Shown: positions 9,625-18,294, counted from the first letter of the stretch. The stretch is DNA of 32,000 bases from Candidatus Electrothrix sp. GW3-4 (GCF_037902255.1 NZ_CP147990.1:1710001-1742000); one strand, 5' to 3'. Notes: a model not told the origin generated them from the letters alone. Program-made: numbers and translations.

Positions 9625-9855
9625 GGAGCCCTTCTCTTTAAAAACGGCAAGGCACTTTCGTAAAAAGGAGACGTACATTTAAGAAAAGAAGCGCCCCTTT
9701 TTTGAATAGAGGCGTCTCTCTTTTAAAGAGAAGCTCCACTCTTTAAAAAAGAGGTCATACAATTTAAAAAAGGAGTCGTCCTCTTTAAAAAAGGACGGGT
9801 ACTTTTCTTAAGAGGAGTAGCCCTCTTTTAAAAAGTACGACCTCTTTTTTCAAAA
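9625..9855. repeat. tandem array of 11 degenerate 21-bp units (consensus about GGAG-N6-CTCTTT-AAAAAA)
   Basis: Direct reading in 21-nt steps shows no indel across 231 bp. A 12th unit starts at 9856 (GGACGAGG). No ORF of 60 aa or more covers the region. Confidence 0.9.
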
Positions 9856-9954
9856 GGACGAGGCAGAACAAGAACAGAAGAGGCCGCAAGATCAGGCGGA
9901 CAGAGCCTGTCGTTAAACAAAAAGGTTGATCAGAAAAAAGCAGGGAGAACGTTC

Positions 9955-10320
9955 ATGACAGAGGTTATCGCTATAATCGGAGCAACAGATAAACCGGAGC
10001 GCTATGCCAATAAGGCCATGCATGCCTTACGAAAACATGAGCACGAAGTGGTCCTGGTCAATCCCTTTAAGCAAGAGGTTGAGGGGCAGGCATGCCTTGA
10101 CTCTGTTGCTGACCACCATGACAAGATTGATACCGTGACTTTGTATGTCAACCCAAAGCGGTTTGAGGATCATATTGATGCGGTCATCAAAGCTAAGCCC
10201 ACGAGGGTGATTATGAATCCGGGCACAGAAGATGATGGGCACCAGCGAATTTTAGAAGAAGCCGGGATAGAGGTGGTTCGGGCCTGTACCTTGGTGTTGT
10301 TGTCCACGAATCAGTTTTAA
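9955..10320 (+). CDS. CoA-binding domain protein (YccU/YneT-like)
   Basis: IAIIGATDKPERYANKAMHALRKHEHEVVLVNP is a Rossmann-like CoA_binding_2 N-terminus. The protein is 121 aa. Confidence 0.8.
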   Translation: MTEVIAIIGATDKPERYANKAMHALRKHEHEVVLVNPFKQEVEGQACLDSVADHHDKIDTVTLYVNPKRFEDHIDAVIKAKPTRVIMNPGTEDDGHQRILEEAGIEVVRACTLVLLSTNQF

Positions 10321-10357
10321 GACGTCTTTATTAATTAAAATAACAGGAGGATACATC

Positions 10358-11149
10358 ATGAAAAAAACAATAATCGCTGCATGCAGCCTGTTTGCCCTGC
10401 TGGTCACCACCCCAGTCATGGCAGAAGACGTGAATGTGGAAGAGGTGGTAAGCAAGGCCAATCTGGCCGCCTACTACGCCGGAGACGACGGTAAGGCAGA
10501 GGTCAATATGACCATCACCGACAGCCAGGGTCGGGAACGAACCCGCGAGTTCATCATTCTGCGCAAAGACAAGGAAGACGGCAAGGCGCAGTTCTTTTAC
10601 GTCTATTTCAAGAAGCCTTCAGATGTCAGCAAGATGGTTTTTATGGTCCATAAGCATGTGGACAAGGACGATGACCGCTGGATGTACCTGCCAGCCCTGG
10701 ACCTGGTCAAGCGTATTGCCGCCTCAGATAAGCGGACCTCCTTTGTTGGCAGTAACTTCATGTACGAGGATGTCTCAGGCCGTAACCTGGCAGAGGATAC
10801 CCGCGAATTGGTGGAGAGCAACGACACCCATTATGTGATCAAGAATACCCCTAAGAAGCCGGACGATGTGGAGTTTTCTTCTTACACCGTGCAGATCGAC
10901 AAGAAGACCTTCCTGCCAGTCAAGGCCGTGTATCTGGACAAGAATGGCAAGGAGTACCGCATCGTCGAGGCTACCAAAGTGGAAGAGATTGACGGCATTC
11001 CCACCGTGACCGAGTCCAAGGTAACGGACCTGGAAGCAGGAAGCCATACCGTGTCCAAGTTCAGCAATGTGAAATATAATATTGGTCTCAAGGAAGACAT
11101 CTTCACCGAGCGCTACCTGCGCCGTCCGCCGCGTGAGGCCCGTCGATAG
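10358..11149 (+). CDS. outer-membrane lipoprotein-sorting (LolA-like) periplasmic protein
   Basis: AGGAGG RBS and signal peptide MKKTIIAACSLFALLVTTPVMA/ED. The core DRWMYLPALDLVKRIAASDKRTSFVGSNFMYEDV is typical of the LolA_like family that accompanies RND/MMPL exporters. Confidence 0.75.
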   Translation: MKKTIIAACSLFALLVTTPVMAEDVNVEEVVSKANLAAYYAGDDGKAEVNMTITDSQGRERTREFIILRKDKEDGKAQFFYVYFKKPSDVSKMVFMVHKHVDKDDDRWMYLPALDLVKRIAASDKRTSFVGSNFMYEDVSGRNLAEDTRELVESNDTHYVIKNTPKKPDDVEFSSYTVQIDKKTFLPVKAVYLDKNGKEYRIVEATKVEEIDGIPTVTESKVTDLEAGSHTVSKFSNVKYNIGLKEDIFTERYLRRPPREARR

Positions 11150-11158
11150 GAGGATCGT

Positions 11159-12448
11159 ATGAAGAAAATAGCATTCATTGCATTATCTGCCCTGTTGGCC
11201 TGTCATGTTGATGTCGGGTCAGCTATGGCTGAAGAAGATATTTCGCTGACTGACCGACTCTACGATGATTACGGCATTGAGATGCTCGGCTTTGCTGAAA
11301 CCCGTTGGGGTGCCCGCTTAGTGGATGATGAGAACGAGGACAGCATGAGTATTGGTGAGGCCCGTGCTCAACTGGAGCTGACCCGCTATTTTGATGCCTT
11401 CACCCTCCAGTTTAAAGGTGATCTGCTGGCAGATGCGGTGACCGAGGAATTTGATGCAGATATCCGCAGCCTGAACGTGGCCTTTCGCCCCAGCGATGTC
11501 CTGGATGTCAAGATCGGACGGATGGTCTCCACCTGGGGAACCGGTGACCTGGTCTTTATCAATGATATGTTTCCCAAGGACTGGCAGTCCTTTTTCATCG
11601 GCAGGGATGACGAGTACTTGAAGCAGGCCTCTAACTCTCTCCGCACCGGCCTCTTTCTCGGTGATTACACCATTGACCTGGTCTACACCCCGCGTTTTCA
11701 GGGGTCTGAGTTTGTCAGCGGCGAGCGCTTGTCCTATTATAATCCCGGTGTGGGCCAGATTGTCGGTCAGAACAGGGTGATGGCAGACGACGCCCCGGAT
11801 GCGTATTTTGAGGACGATGAGACCTCGGTTCGTCTGTCCCGCCGTTTTGGTGGTGTGGAAACAGCCCTGTACGGCTATATGGGCTATTGGCAGGAGCCCG
11901 AGGGCATGGATGCCACCACAGGCAAGGCTATCTATCCCCGCCTCAATGTCTGGGGTGCCTCGGCCCGTTCACCCCTGCTCGGTGGTATCGGTAATGTCGA
12001 GCTGGGCTATTATGATTCCTTTGATGACGAGGATGGCCTGAATCCCTATATCCGGCCTTCGGAATATCGCTTCCTGGTCGGCTTTGAACGGGAGCTGGCC
12101 CATGAGCTCACTGGTGGCTTTCAGTACTATATGGAGGTCATTGATGAGTACGCAAATTATGAACAGACCGTTGCGCCAGGTATGAACGCACGGGATGAGT
12201 ATCGCCAGATGCTCACCATGCGCCTCACCAAGCTGATGATGCAGCAGACCCTGACCCTGTCCCTCTTTGTCTACTATTCACCTACGGATCAGGATGGCTA
12301 TGCCCGCCCAAAATTCCAGTATAAGTTAACCGACAACTGGCTGATTGATGGTGGCTTCAACCTGTTTTGGGGTGAGGATGAACATACCTTCTGGGGCAGG
12401 TTCCAGGATAACAGCAATGCCTTTGTCGGTCTGCGCTATAGTTTTTAG
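11159..12448 (+). CDS. putative outer-membrane beta-barrel protein
   Basis: AGGAGGA RBS and signal peptide ending SAMA/EE. The sequence shows alternating beta-strand-like patterns and a C-terminal aromatic residue (…GLRYSF), as in OMPs. It is 10 bp downstream of the LolA-like gene. Confidence 0.55.
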   Translation: MKKIAFIALSALLACHVDVGSAMAEEDISLTDRLYDDYGIEMLGFAETRWGARLVDDENEDSMSIGEARAQLELTRYFDAFTLQFKGDLLADAVTEEFDADIRSLNVAFRPSDVLDVKIGRMVSTWGTGDLVFINDMFPKDWQSFFIGRDDEYLKQASNSLRTGLFLGDYTIDLVYTPRFQGSEFVSGERLSYYNPGVGQIVGQNRVMADDAPDAYFEDDETSVRLSRRFGGVETALYGYMGYWQEPEGMDATTGKAIYPRLNVWGASARSPLLGGIGNVELGYYDSFDDEDGLNPYIRPSEYRFLVGFERELAHELTGGFQYYMEVIDEYANYEQTVAPGMNARDEYRQMLTMRLTKLMMQQTLTLSLFVYYSPTDQDGYARPKFQYKLTDNWLIDGGFNLFWGEDEHTFWGRFQDNSNAFVGLRYSF

Positions 12449-12517
12449 TCAACAGCAAAGAACAAGCAAGCTGAGGGAAACGCTTCCCTTTGCATAAAAA
12501 GAAACCGGAGGTCTATC

Positions 12518-12760
12518 ATGATCGTCACTGATTGGATTCACAGCATTGCAGGATTTTTTATTATTGTCGGCTTGGCCTTGGGCTTTGATTGCGGTGGTAA
12601 CCCGATCTTTGTTCACCAATATTTTCTCTTTCTCCCCCTCTTTGTTGGCCTGAACCTGTTTCAGTTTGGCTTCAGCAAATTCTGCCCGCTGGGGATTATC
12701 CTGAAAAAGCTGGGCGTACCGGAAACCCGGAAAGGCGGAGGCAGTTGCTGCGGGAAGTAA
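12518..12760 (+). CDS. small membrane protein, DUF2892 (YgaP C-terminal-like)
   Basis: GGAGG RBS and two hydrophobic helices. FGFSKFCPLGIILKKLG resembles the conserved CP..(x)LG motif of DUF2892. Confidence 0.6.
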   Translation: MIVTDWIHSIAGFFIIVGLALGFDCGGNPIFVHQYFLFLPLFVGLNLFQFGFSKFCPLGIILKKLGVPETRKGGGSCCGK

Positions 12761-12782
12761 ACCTAATGTTTATCAAACACCA

Positions 12783-12802
12783 GGGCGAACCAGGGTTCGC
12801 CC
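12783..12802 (+). terminator. GC hairpin after the DUF2892 gene (weak terminator candidate)
   Basis: GGGCGAAC-CAGG-GTTCGCCC is a perfect 8-bp stem, but no U-tract follows (TCTCCCTTCC). Confidence 0.35.
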
Positions 12803-12865
12803 TCTCCCTTCCAAAATGCTCTTGCTCTTTGATACTCTGCTACCCATTCTACCCCCTTGCAATAG

Positions 12866-13963
12866 ATGAACAAGCAACGCGTAAAGAAACTTCAGAAAAC
12901 CCTGCAACGGCGTAAACTTGATGCCGTCCTTATTACAGAGCCGCATAATCGGCGCTATCTCAGCGGCTACACCGCAGCTGATCACGGCATTCAGGAAACT
13001 GCTGGGGTCTTGCTGATCCCGAAAAAGGGCAGGCCCTGGCTCCTGACCGATTCCCGTTTTGCCTTACAGGCCGAGGAGGAGGCCCAGGGCTTTGCGGTTG
13101 AGCTCTATACAAAGGGCATATATGCCCTGCTCAAAAAGCTCCTGCCTGCCTTGAATGTCCGTCGTTTAGGCTTTGAAAGCCATTATTTTCTCCATTCCTC
13201 TTCAGCCAAGCTGGAGGATATGGCGGAGAAGGTCAAGGTAGAGCTGGTCCCGCTTCTTGACCTGGTCGAACGGATGCGGGCGATCAAGACAGAAGAGGAG
13301 ATCCAGCTCATAAAGGAATCGGTGCTCCTCAACGAGCAGGTCTTTCAGGCTGTTTATAAGACCCTTGCCCCTGGTATGACCGAGATCGAGATCGCCTTGG
13401 CCCTGGAACAGAGCATGCAGACTATGGGGGCCGAAGGGCCAAGCTTTGAGACCATTGTCGCCTTTGGCAGCAATGCAGCAAAACCCCATGCCGTGCCCAC
13501 CAATCGGGTCCTGCAGGACGGCGAGATCGTCCTCATTGATATGGGCCTGGTCTTGCAGGGCTATTGTTCTGATATGACCCGAACCTTTGTGATTGGTAAA
13601 GCAAAGAAAAAATTTAAACAGCGTTTACGGATAGTGCGTAAGGCCCAGCTGGCCGGAATCAAGGCCATCCGGGCAGGTGCTGTTTGTCGCGAGGTCGATA
13701 AGGCGGCCCGCAAAGTCATTGCCGATGCTGGTTACGGTGATTTTTTTGGCCATAGCCTGGGCCATGGGGTCGGCTTGGCTGTTCACGAAGCCCCTGGTTT
13801 AGGCTCAAGAAATAGAAAGAAGCTCCAGGCCGGGATGATCGTCACCATTGAGCCGGGGATCTATCTCCCTGACTGGGGCGGGATTCGTCTGGAGAACATG
13901 GCCGTGGTCCGGGAGGACGGCTGTGAAGTACTGAACGAGGACAGCACCGGGCTTGAGCTCTAG
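12866..13963 (+). CDS. M24-family Xaa-Pro aminopeptidase/dipeptidase
   Basis: There is a creatinase-like N-domain followed by a pita-bread fold. Metal ligand contexts include VLIDMG, CSDMTRTF, HSLGHGVGLAVHEAP, IVTIEPGIY and IRLENM. Confidence 0.85.
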   Translation: MNKQRVKKLQKTLQRRKLDAVLITEPHNRRYLSGYTAADHGIQETAGVLLIPKKGRPWLLTDSRFALQAEEEAQGFAVELYTKGIYALLKKLLPALNVRRLGFESHYFLHSSSAKLEDMAEKVKVELVPLLDLVERMRAIKTEEEIQLIKESVLLNEQVFQAVYKTLAPGMTEIEIALALEQSMQTMGAEGPSFETIVAFGSNAAKPHAVPTNRVLQDGEIVLIDMGLVLQGYCSDMTRTFVIGKAKKKFKQRLRIVRKAQLAGIKAIRAGAVCREVDKAARKVIADAGYGDFFGHSLGHGVGLAVHEAPGLGSRNRKKLQAGMIVTIEPGIYLPDWGGIRLENMAVVREDGCEVLNEDSTGLEL

Positions 13964-14134
13964 GTCTTCACAGGTCGGTGTACTCGTTTCCTGTAAAAAG
14001 CGTTCCCCTCGGCCTGCGGCCGAGACCAAACCTATAAATAACAAAAAGATACAAACTTGTTACTTAGAAGGTTTGACGACATAAGGACAATACATCAAAA
14101 TCTTAATCTCAATACAGACAAGGAGAACCTGATC

Positions 14135-15301
14135 ATGAACCATCTTTCCCTGTTGTTGTTCTGCAGCTTCGTGTTTTGCTGTACTGCTGCTGGCTCCAGC
14201 CATGAACTTCCTGAGGGGGCTGTTCCCTTGGCAAGGTCTGAGGAATGCGCTTCCTGCCATCCCACTATCTACAAGGAGTGGCAGGAGTCTTTTCACGCTA
14301 AATCATCTGCCCTTAAGGACCCGGCTCATGGAGCAGTGCATCAGGCCTTTCTCAAGGCTATGGAGAAAAAAGGCAAAAAGGGAAACTATCATTGTGCCAA
14401 CTGCCATGCCCCTATGGCCGATAATATCAAGGAGCTGATGACTGGTACGGCAGAGTTAGACCCCAAGAACTGGACCCATACAGAGGGGACAGGATGCACC
14501 TTCTGTCATCGGGTTGAATCCATTGTTGAGAAAGAACAATTCAATCAGTATCGGCTCAATACGGATGGTGCCTTTCATACCAGCAGGCCAGCCAAAGAAG
14601 GGCTCCCGCATACGATGGGGCAATCTCCCTTATTTGCTGAGGGTAAGGTCTGTATGGGGTGCCATAGTCATAAGCTGAACGGGAAAAAAGTACCGATCTG
14701 CCTGATGAAGGATGAAGCTCAGGGCAACTGCCTGGAATGCCATATGCCAGAAGTCAAGGGGAGGGCCACCGTCGGTACGGATGGCAAGACCCATCGGTCT
14801 CATAAGATGCCTGGCGGTCATGATATGGAGATGCTGCAAAAGGCCACAAGCCTTGATGCGGAAATCGTCACTAAGGGCGAAGGGCGGAGCCTGGTGGTGA
14901 CCGTCAAGAATATGATCAAGCATACCTTCCCCTCAACCAATCCCATGCGTATAGCCTTTGTGAAGGTGGTTGCCAAGGATAAGGAGGGTAAAAAGGTCTG
15001 GGAGAATTTTACAGAGAGCCCGCTGGAGGATAAGCAGGCCCTGTTCTTTAAGGCATTCAAGGCGGGTGAGAAAAAAGGCGTACCTTCCTGGGCCGCTGAT
15101 GGGGTTGCCTTTGATACACGGCTCAAGGCCGGAGAGACCCGGACAATCACTTATCCCCTGGAAGATCAAGCAATCAGCCAGGTGGATGTCATGCTGATTT
15201 ATCGTCTCTTCCCGCCCAAGGCGCTCAAGGCCTTTGCTATTCCCCAAGACGGGGTGAATGAGAAGATATACCCGGTGGCCAAGATGAGTCTGACCCTGTA
15301 G
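14135..15301 (+). CDS. periplasmic multiheme c-type cytochrome (5 CxxCH)
   Basis: AAGGAGAA lies before ATG 14135; the track start at 14057 is a TTG extension. A signal peptide is present. The heme motifs are CASCH, CANCH, CTFCH, CMGCH and CLECH. Confidence 0.8.
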   Translation: MNHLSLLLFCSFVFCCTAAGSSHELPEGAVPLARSEECASCHPTIYKEWQESFHAKSSALKDPAHGAVHQAFLKAMEKKGKKGNYHCANCHAPMADNIKELMTGTAELDPKNWTHTEGTGCTFCHRVESIVEKEQFNQYRLNTDGAFHTSRPAKEGLPHTMGQSPLFAEGKVCMGCHSHKLNGKKVPICLMKDEAQGNCLECHMPEVKGRATVGTDGKTHRSHKMPGGHDMEMLQKATSLDAEIVTKGEGRSLVVTVKNMIKHTFPSTNPMRIAFVKVVAKDKEGKKVWENFTESPLEDKQALFFKAFKAGEKKGVPSWAADGVAFDTRLKAGETRTITYPLEDQAISQVDVMLIYRLFPPKALKAFAIPQDGVNEKIYPVAKMSLTL

Positions 15302-15359
15302 TCTCGCTGCCAGCGACTTGGTGCCGGAATACGTACAGAATACGTAGATGAGTGGCAGC

Positions 15360-15388
15360 CACAGCCCGGAGCGTTGTTCCGGGCTGTG
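15360..15388. terminator. hairpin between convergent genes (candidate bidirectional terminator)
   Basis: CACAGCCCGGA-gcgttgt-TCCGGGCTGTG is a perfect 11-bp stem. Only a partial T-run (ATAATCTTT) follows on the plus strand. Confidence 0.55.
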
Positions 15389-15433
15389 ATAATCTTTCCG
15401 TCGCGTTTAAATAAATATCCCTTCCGCGCGTAC

Positions 15434-16573
15434 TTACTTGACCGCTATCTTTTCGCTCAATTCCTTGTTGCCCTTTAGGGTTCTTTTTCGGCTCTTCTTG
15501 GGTGGGGTATCCCGGGCAATCACAAAAGAGTGTTCATAGCCTTGCCTTGCTAGTTTCTCTTTATGTCTTTTTGCCTCCTTTAACGAGGTACTGCTGAAGA
15601 CCAGGACGCGAAAAAGGCTGGTACCAGCGGCAGCAAACTCCTGAATGAGCACATTCCGGCCTTTGCGCGCAAAGGTGCGGGCCAGCTTCCGTGCATTCTT
15701 TTTCTCTTCAAAGCTGCCAACCTGAATGTAAAAATTGCCTTTGTCAAAATCATGCTGGATCCGCTCTTTCTTGCCGTTAGGGCGAATAACCGCGCACATG
15801 GCCCCGCTAACGCGGGTTGGTTTTTTGGACTTTTTCTTTTTGCCCTGCGCGCTCAGGACAGGGATGTCTCCTTTCTCTTCCTGTTTTTCCTGTTCTTCTT
15901 GTTTACCCTCTTCCGACTCAGCGATAATGGCCTGATCTGTCCCCTGGTCCGTGCCTTGTTCTTCTGCTGCGCACAGCGCGATGATCTGCACCTTCTCGGT
16001 CCCGTGATTGACAATGCCCAGTTTTTTGGCGGTGGTATAGCTCAGGTCAATAATCCGACCATCAACAAAGGGACCCCGGTCATTGACGCGAACGGTCGTG
16101 GTCTTGCCATTGATCAGGTTTTTTACCAGAAGCATGGTATCCATAGGCAGGGTCTTATGAGCCGCTGTTACCCCGTACATATCATAGGTCTCTCCGTTAG
16201 CGGTTTTCCGTCCGTGAAAAGGATCACCATACCAGGAGGCCAATCCTGTTTCTTCGTAGCCCTCAGCTGAAGAAATAGGATAATAGGTCTCCCCCTCAAT
16301 AACATAGGGACGTTGGGTCGGGGGCTGTTTTTTCCTGTGTTTCTGTTTCCCCCTTTTTTTTTGTTCGCTTTCCCTGCTGGCTTCTTTCTTCGCCAGTTCT
16401 TCTTGTTTTTTCTTTTTTTCTTTTTTCCAGAGCGCTTCAAGTTCAGCCGCAGAATTTTTTGCATCCATGGGCAGCTTCTTGCGTGTGCAGCCGTTTACGA
16501 GCAGCAGCAGGCAAAGCAGCAGGAGGGGGGTAAGGGAAATACGCTTCCATCCAGATGATTGTATCGTGCTCAT
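15434..16573 (-). CDS. rlpA: septal ring lytic transglycosylase RlpA-family lipoprotein with C-terminal SPOR domain
   Basis: The start is ATG 16573 (MSTIQSSGWKRISLTPLLLLCLLLLVNGC, a lipoprotein-type signal). The DPBB core is GLASWYGDPFHGRKTANGETYDMYGVTAAHKTLP...VRVNDRGPF. The SPOR-like C-terminus is FYIQVGSFEEKKNARKLA. The middle is low-complexity and K/E-rich. Confidence 0.85.
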   Translation of the reverse strand: MSTIQSSGWKRISLTPLLLLCLLLLVNGCTRKKLPMDAKNSAAELEALWKKEKKKKQEELAKKEASRESEQKKRGKQKHRKKQPPTQRPYVIEGETYYPISSAEGYEETGLASWYGDPFHGRKTANGETYDMYGVTAAHKTLPMDTMLLVKNLINGKTTTVRVNDRGPFVDGRIIDLSYTTAKKLGIVNHGTEKVQIIALCAAEEQGTDQGTDQAIIAESEEGKQEEQEKQEEKGDIPVLSAQGKKKKSKKPTRVSGAMCAVIRPNGKKERIQHDFDKGNFYIQVGSFEEKKNARKLARTFARKGRNVLIQEFAAAGTSLFRVLVFSSTSLKEAKRHKEKLARQGYEHSFVIARDTPPKKSRKRTLKGNKELSEKIAVK

Positions 16574-16586
16574 CACTCTTCTCTGA

Positions 16587-17966
16587 TTACTGGTTATTGG
16601 CTCTTTCCGCATCTGGTGAGGGTAACAGGTGCAGAAAACGGTGTTGGTAAAACAACCCGGCAGGCCCCGTAGTATGTGGGGTGTAGGGCAAGAGCCCCTC
16701 ATCTTTTCCGGTCAGGTTGTCAAAATCAGCAAGGACTTCATCATCCTCATCAACAGCGGAAAGCTGCAGGTCAAGGATCGGTCGGAAGACCTTAATGATC
16801 CCATCCGTATCCTTGCGGATCAGGATATTCTCCCAGCGGCGTGTGCTAAAGCCGGTGTACCATATTCCCGCTTTTCGCTGGCCGTTGAGCTGATCAGGCA
16901 ACGAGGGCGCAAGCAGATCTTCCTCGCTGTACATATTATGCTCAACAAAACGTTCCACTTCAGCGTTGGACTGAACAGCAAGACGCTCCCAGGCATCGGC
17001 ATCATCAGAATAGCTGAGCAGGAGATGGGTTGCCCGGTCATGAAAGGTCCACTGGGCATGGCAGACCTGGCAGGTGACCTGATCTTTATACTTGGCATGA
17101 GCAGGGTGTTGCAGGCGGGGGACCAAGCGCTCTTTCTTGTCGTTTTGTAGGGTGAGAAAGATTTTTTCTCCCTCTGTACGCAGGCTGGCCAAGGCGGGAG
17201 GGCCGTCCGGGGCATGGCAATCCACGCATTGAACCGAAGGACTTTCACCAGCCAGCTCTGTGCCATTATGACAATCCAGGCAGGTCATGCCGCGCTGTTG
17301 ATGAATATCAGGGGCGAGATTATGTAATTCTATCCCGTAGGGGCGAAGAAAGGGGGCCCTGGTGGCAAAGGGGGTACGGTAGGACCAGTCATGGTCTTGC
17401 TCATGGCCGCCATAAAAATCCATACCCACATGATTCCCGTAATGACAGCTCAGGCATTGGCGATCATTTGGCCGGAGAAAGGCATGGTTTTCTTTCCCTT
17501 CCCCAGAGCTCGTCAGCTTGCCTTCCGTATACTGAAGATGACAGGCTGCACAGCCCGTGCCGTGCCGGACATAGGGGTAATTATCCCCTGTGCTGTACAC
17601 ATGGCAGCGCAGGCATTGACGACGGAGCAGGTCATTGACCAGCTCCTCCTTGGTCTGGGGCGGTTGCTCGTTCTCCGGGATCTCTGTCAGGTTGTTCAGG
17701 GGGGAGAGGGAAAAATGCTCCCGAACCAGGTTGACGGCATTGCGCATGCTGAAATGTCCGGACTGACCACAGCGCTGCAGCTGTTCAGGATGGCATGTGC
17801 CACAGGTTGCCTGCATATTTGCCGGGCTTGCTGCCTGGGATATCATCCCCTGGTGGGCCAGGCCTTGGTCATTTGTTGCGTTATTGCCCTGGTGGCAGTC
17901 GGTGCAGGCAAGGTCATGGGCGCTGTCGAGTTGTATCTCGCTATGACAGGCCTGACATCCAGGCAC
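16587..17966 (-). CDS. multiheme c-type cytochrome (9 CxxCH); the N-terminal signal lies in another frame
   Basis: Heme motifs are CQACH, CTDCH, CGTCH, CLRCH, CAACH, CLSCH, CLDCH, CVDCH and CQVCH. As sequenced, the ORF starts at a GTG and has no signal peptide. See the 17843-18115 fragment. Confidence 0.85.
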   Translation of the reverse strand: MPGCQACHSEIQLDSAHDLACTDCHQGNNATNDQGLAHQGMISQAASPANMQATCGTCHPEQLQRCGQSGHFSMRNAVNLVREHFSLSPLNNLTEIPENEQPPQTKEELVNDLLRRQCLRCHVYSTGDNYPYVRHGTGCAACHLQYTEGKLTSSGEGKENHAFLRPNDRQCLSCHYGNHVGMDFYGGHEQDHDWSYRTPFATRAPFLRPYGIELHNLAPDIHQQRGMTCLDCHNGTELAGESPSVQCVDCHAPDGPPALASLRTEGEKIFLTLQNDKKERLVPRLQHPAHAKYKDQVTCQVCHAQWTFHDRATHLLLSYSDDADAWERLAVQSNAEVERFVEHNMYSEEDLLAPSLPDQLNGQRKAGIWYTGFSTRRWENILIRKDTDGIIKVFRPILDLQLSAVDEDDEVLADFDNLTGKDEGLLPYTPHTTGPAGLFYQHRFLHLLPSPDAERANNQ

Positions 17967-18115
17967 TGGCAGAGGTGGGGTGGGCGTTTTTTGACCGCTG
18001 TCGGTGTTGATCTTGTTTCAGGTGGAGGAACAGGACGGGCTTTCTTTTCTTCTTCATGGCATCCGAGAAGCGGGAACAGAAAAAAAAAGGCAAATAATGT
18101 AAAATGCTGTTTCAT
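17843..18115 (-). other. 5' fragment encoding the lipoprotein signal peptide of the cytochrome, out of frame
   Basis: MKQHFTLFAFFFLFPLLGC has a lipobox (LLGC). Adding one A to the coding-strand A6 run (plus-strand T6 at 17987-17992) fuses it in frame: ...TPTAVKKTPTPPLPVPGCQACH. Confidence 0.7.
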
Positions 18116-18205
18116 AATCTTGACAGTCTAGCCTAACCATGCTACATGGATAAAGCTCAATTAAGCAGCGGGTGAACGACTCCTGTTGCACGCAGAAAAA
18201 AAGAT

Positions 18206-18282
18206 GCCGATATAGCTCAGCTTGGTAGAGCGGCTGATTCGTAATCAGTAGGTCTCCGGTTCAAGTCCGGATATCGGCTCCA
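18206..18282 (+). tRNA. tRNA-Thr (anticodon CGT), CCA encoded
   Basis: Hand-folded cloverleaf: acceptor GCCGATA/TATCGGC, D arm GCTC/GAGC, anticodon arm GCTGA-TTCGTAA-TCAGT, T arm TCCGG-TTCAAGT-CCGGA, discriminator T, then CCA. Confidence 0.9.
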
Positions 18283-18294
18283 GAAAATAGAAAA

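Noticed and set aside
9327-9650. A 107-aa minus-strand ORF overlapping the small plus-strand ORF 9349/9385-9621.
   Set aside because: It has a K/R/S-rich low-complexity translation and no SD. I kept the plus-strand ORF, at low confidence only, because of the upstream GGGAGGG. Neither may be real.
17391-18131. A 246-aa plus-strand ORF.
   Set aside because: It is antisense to the 9-heme cytochrome gene and has no motifs or RBS.
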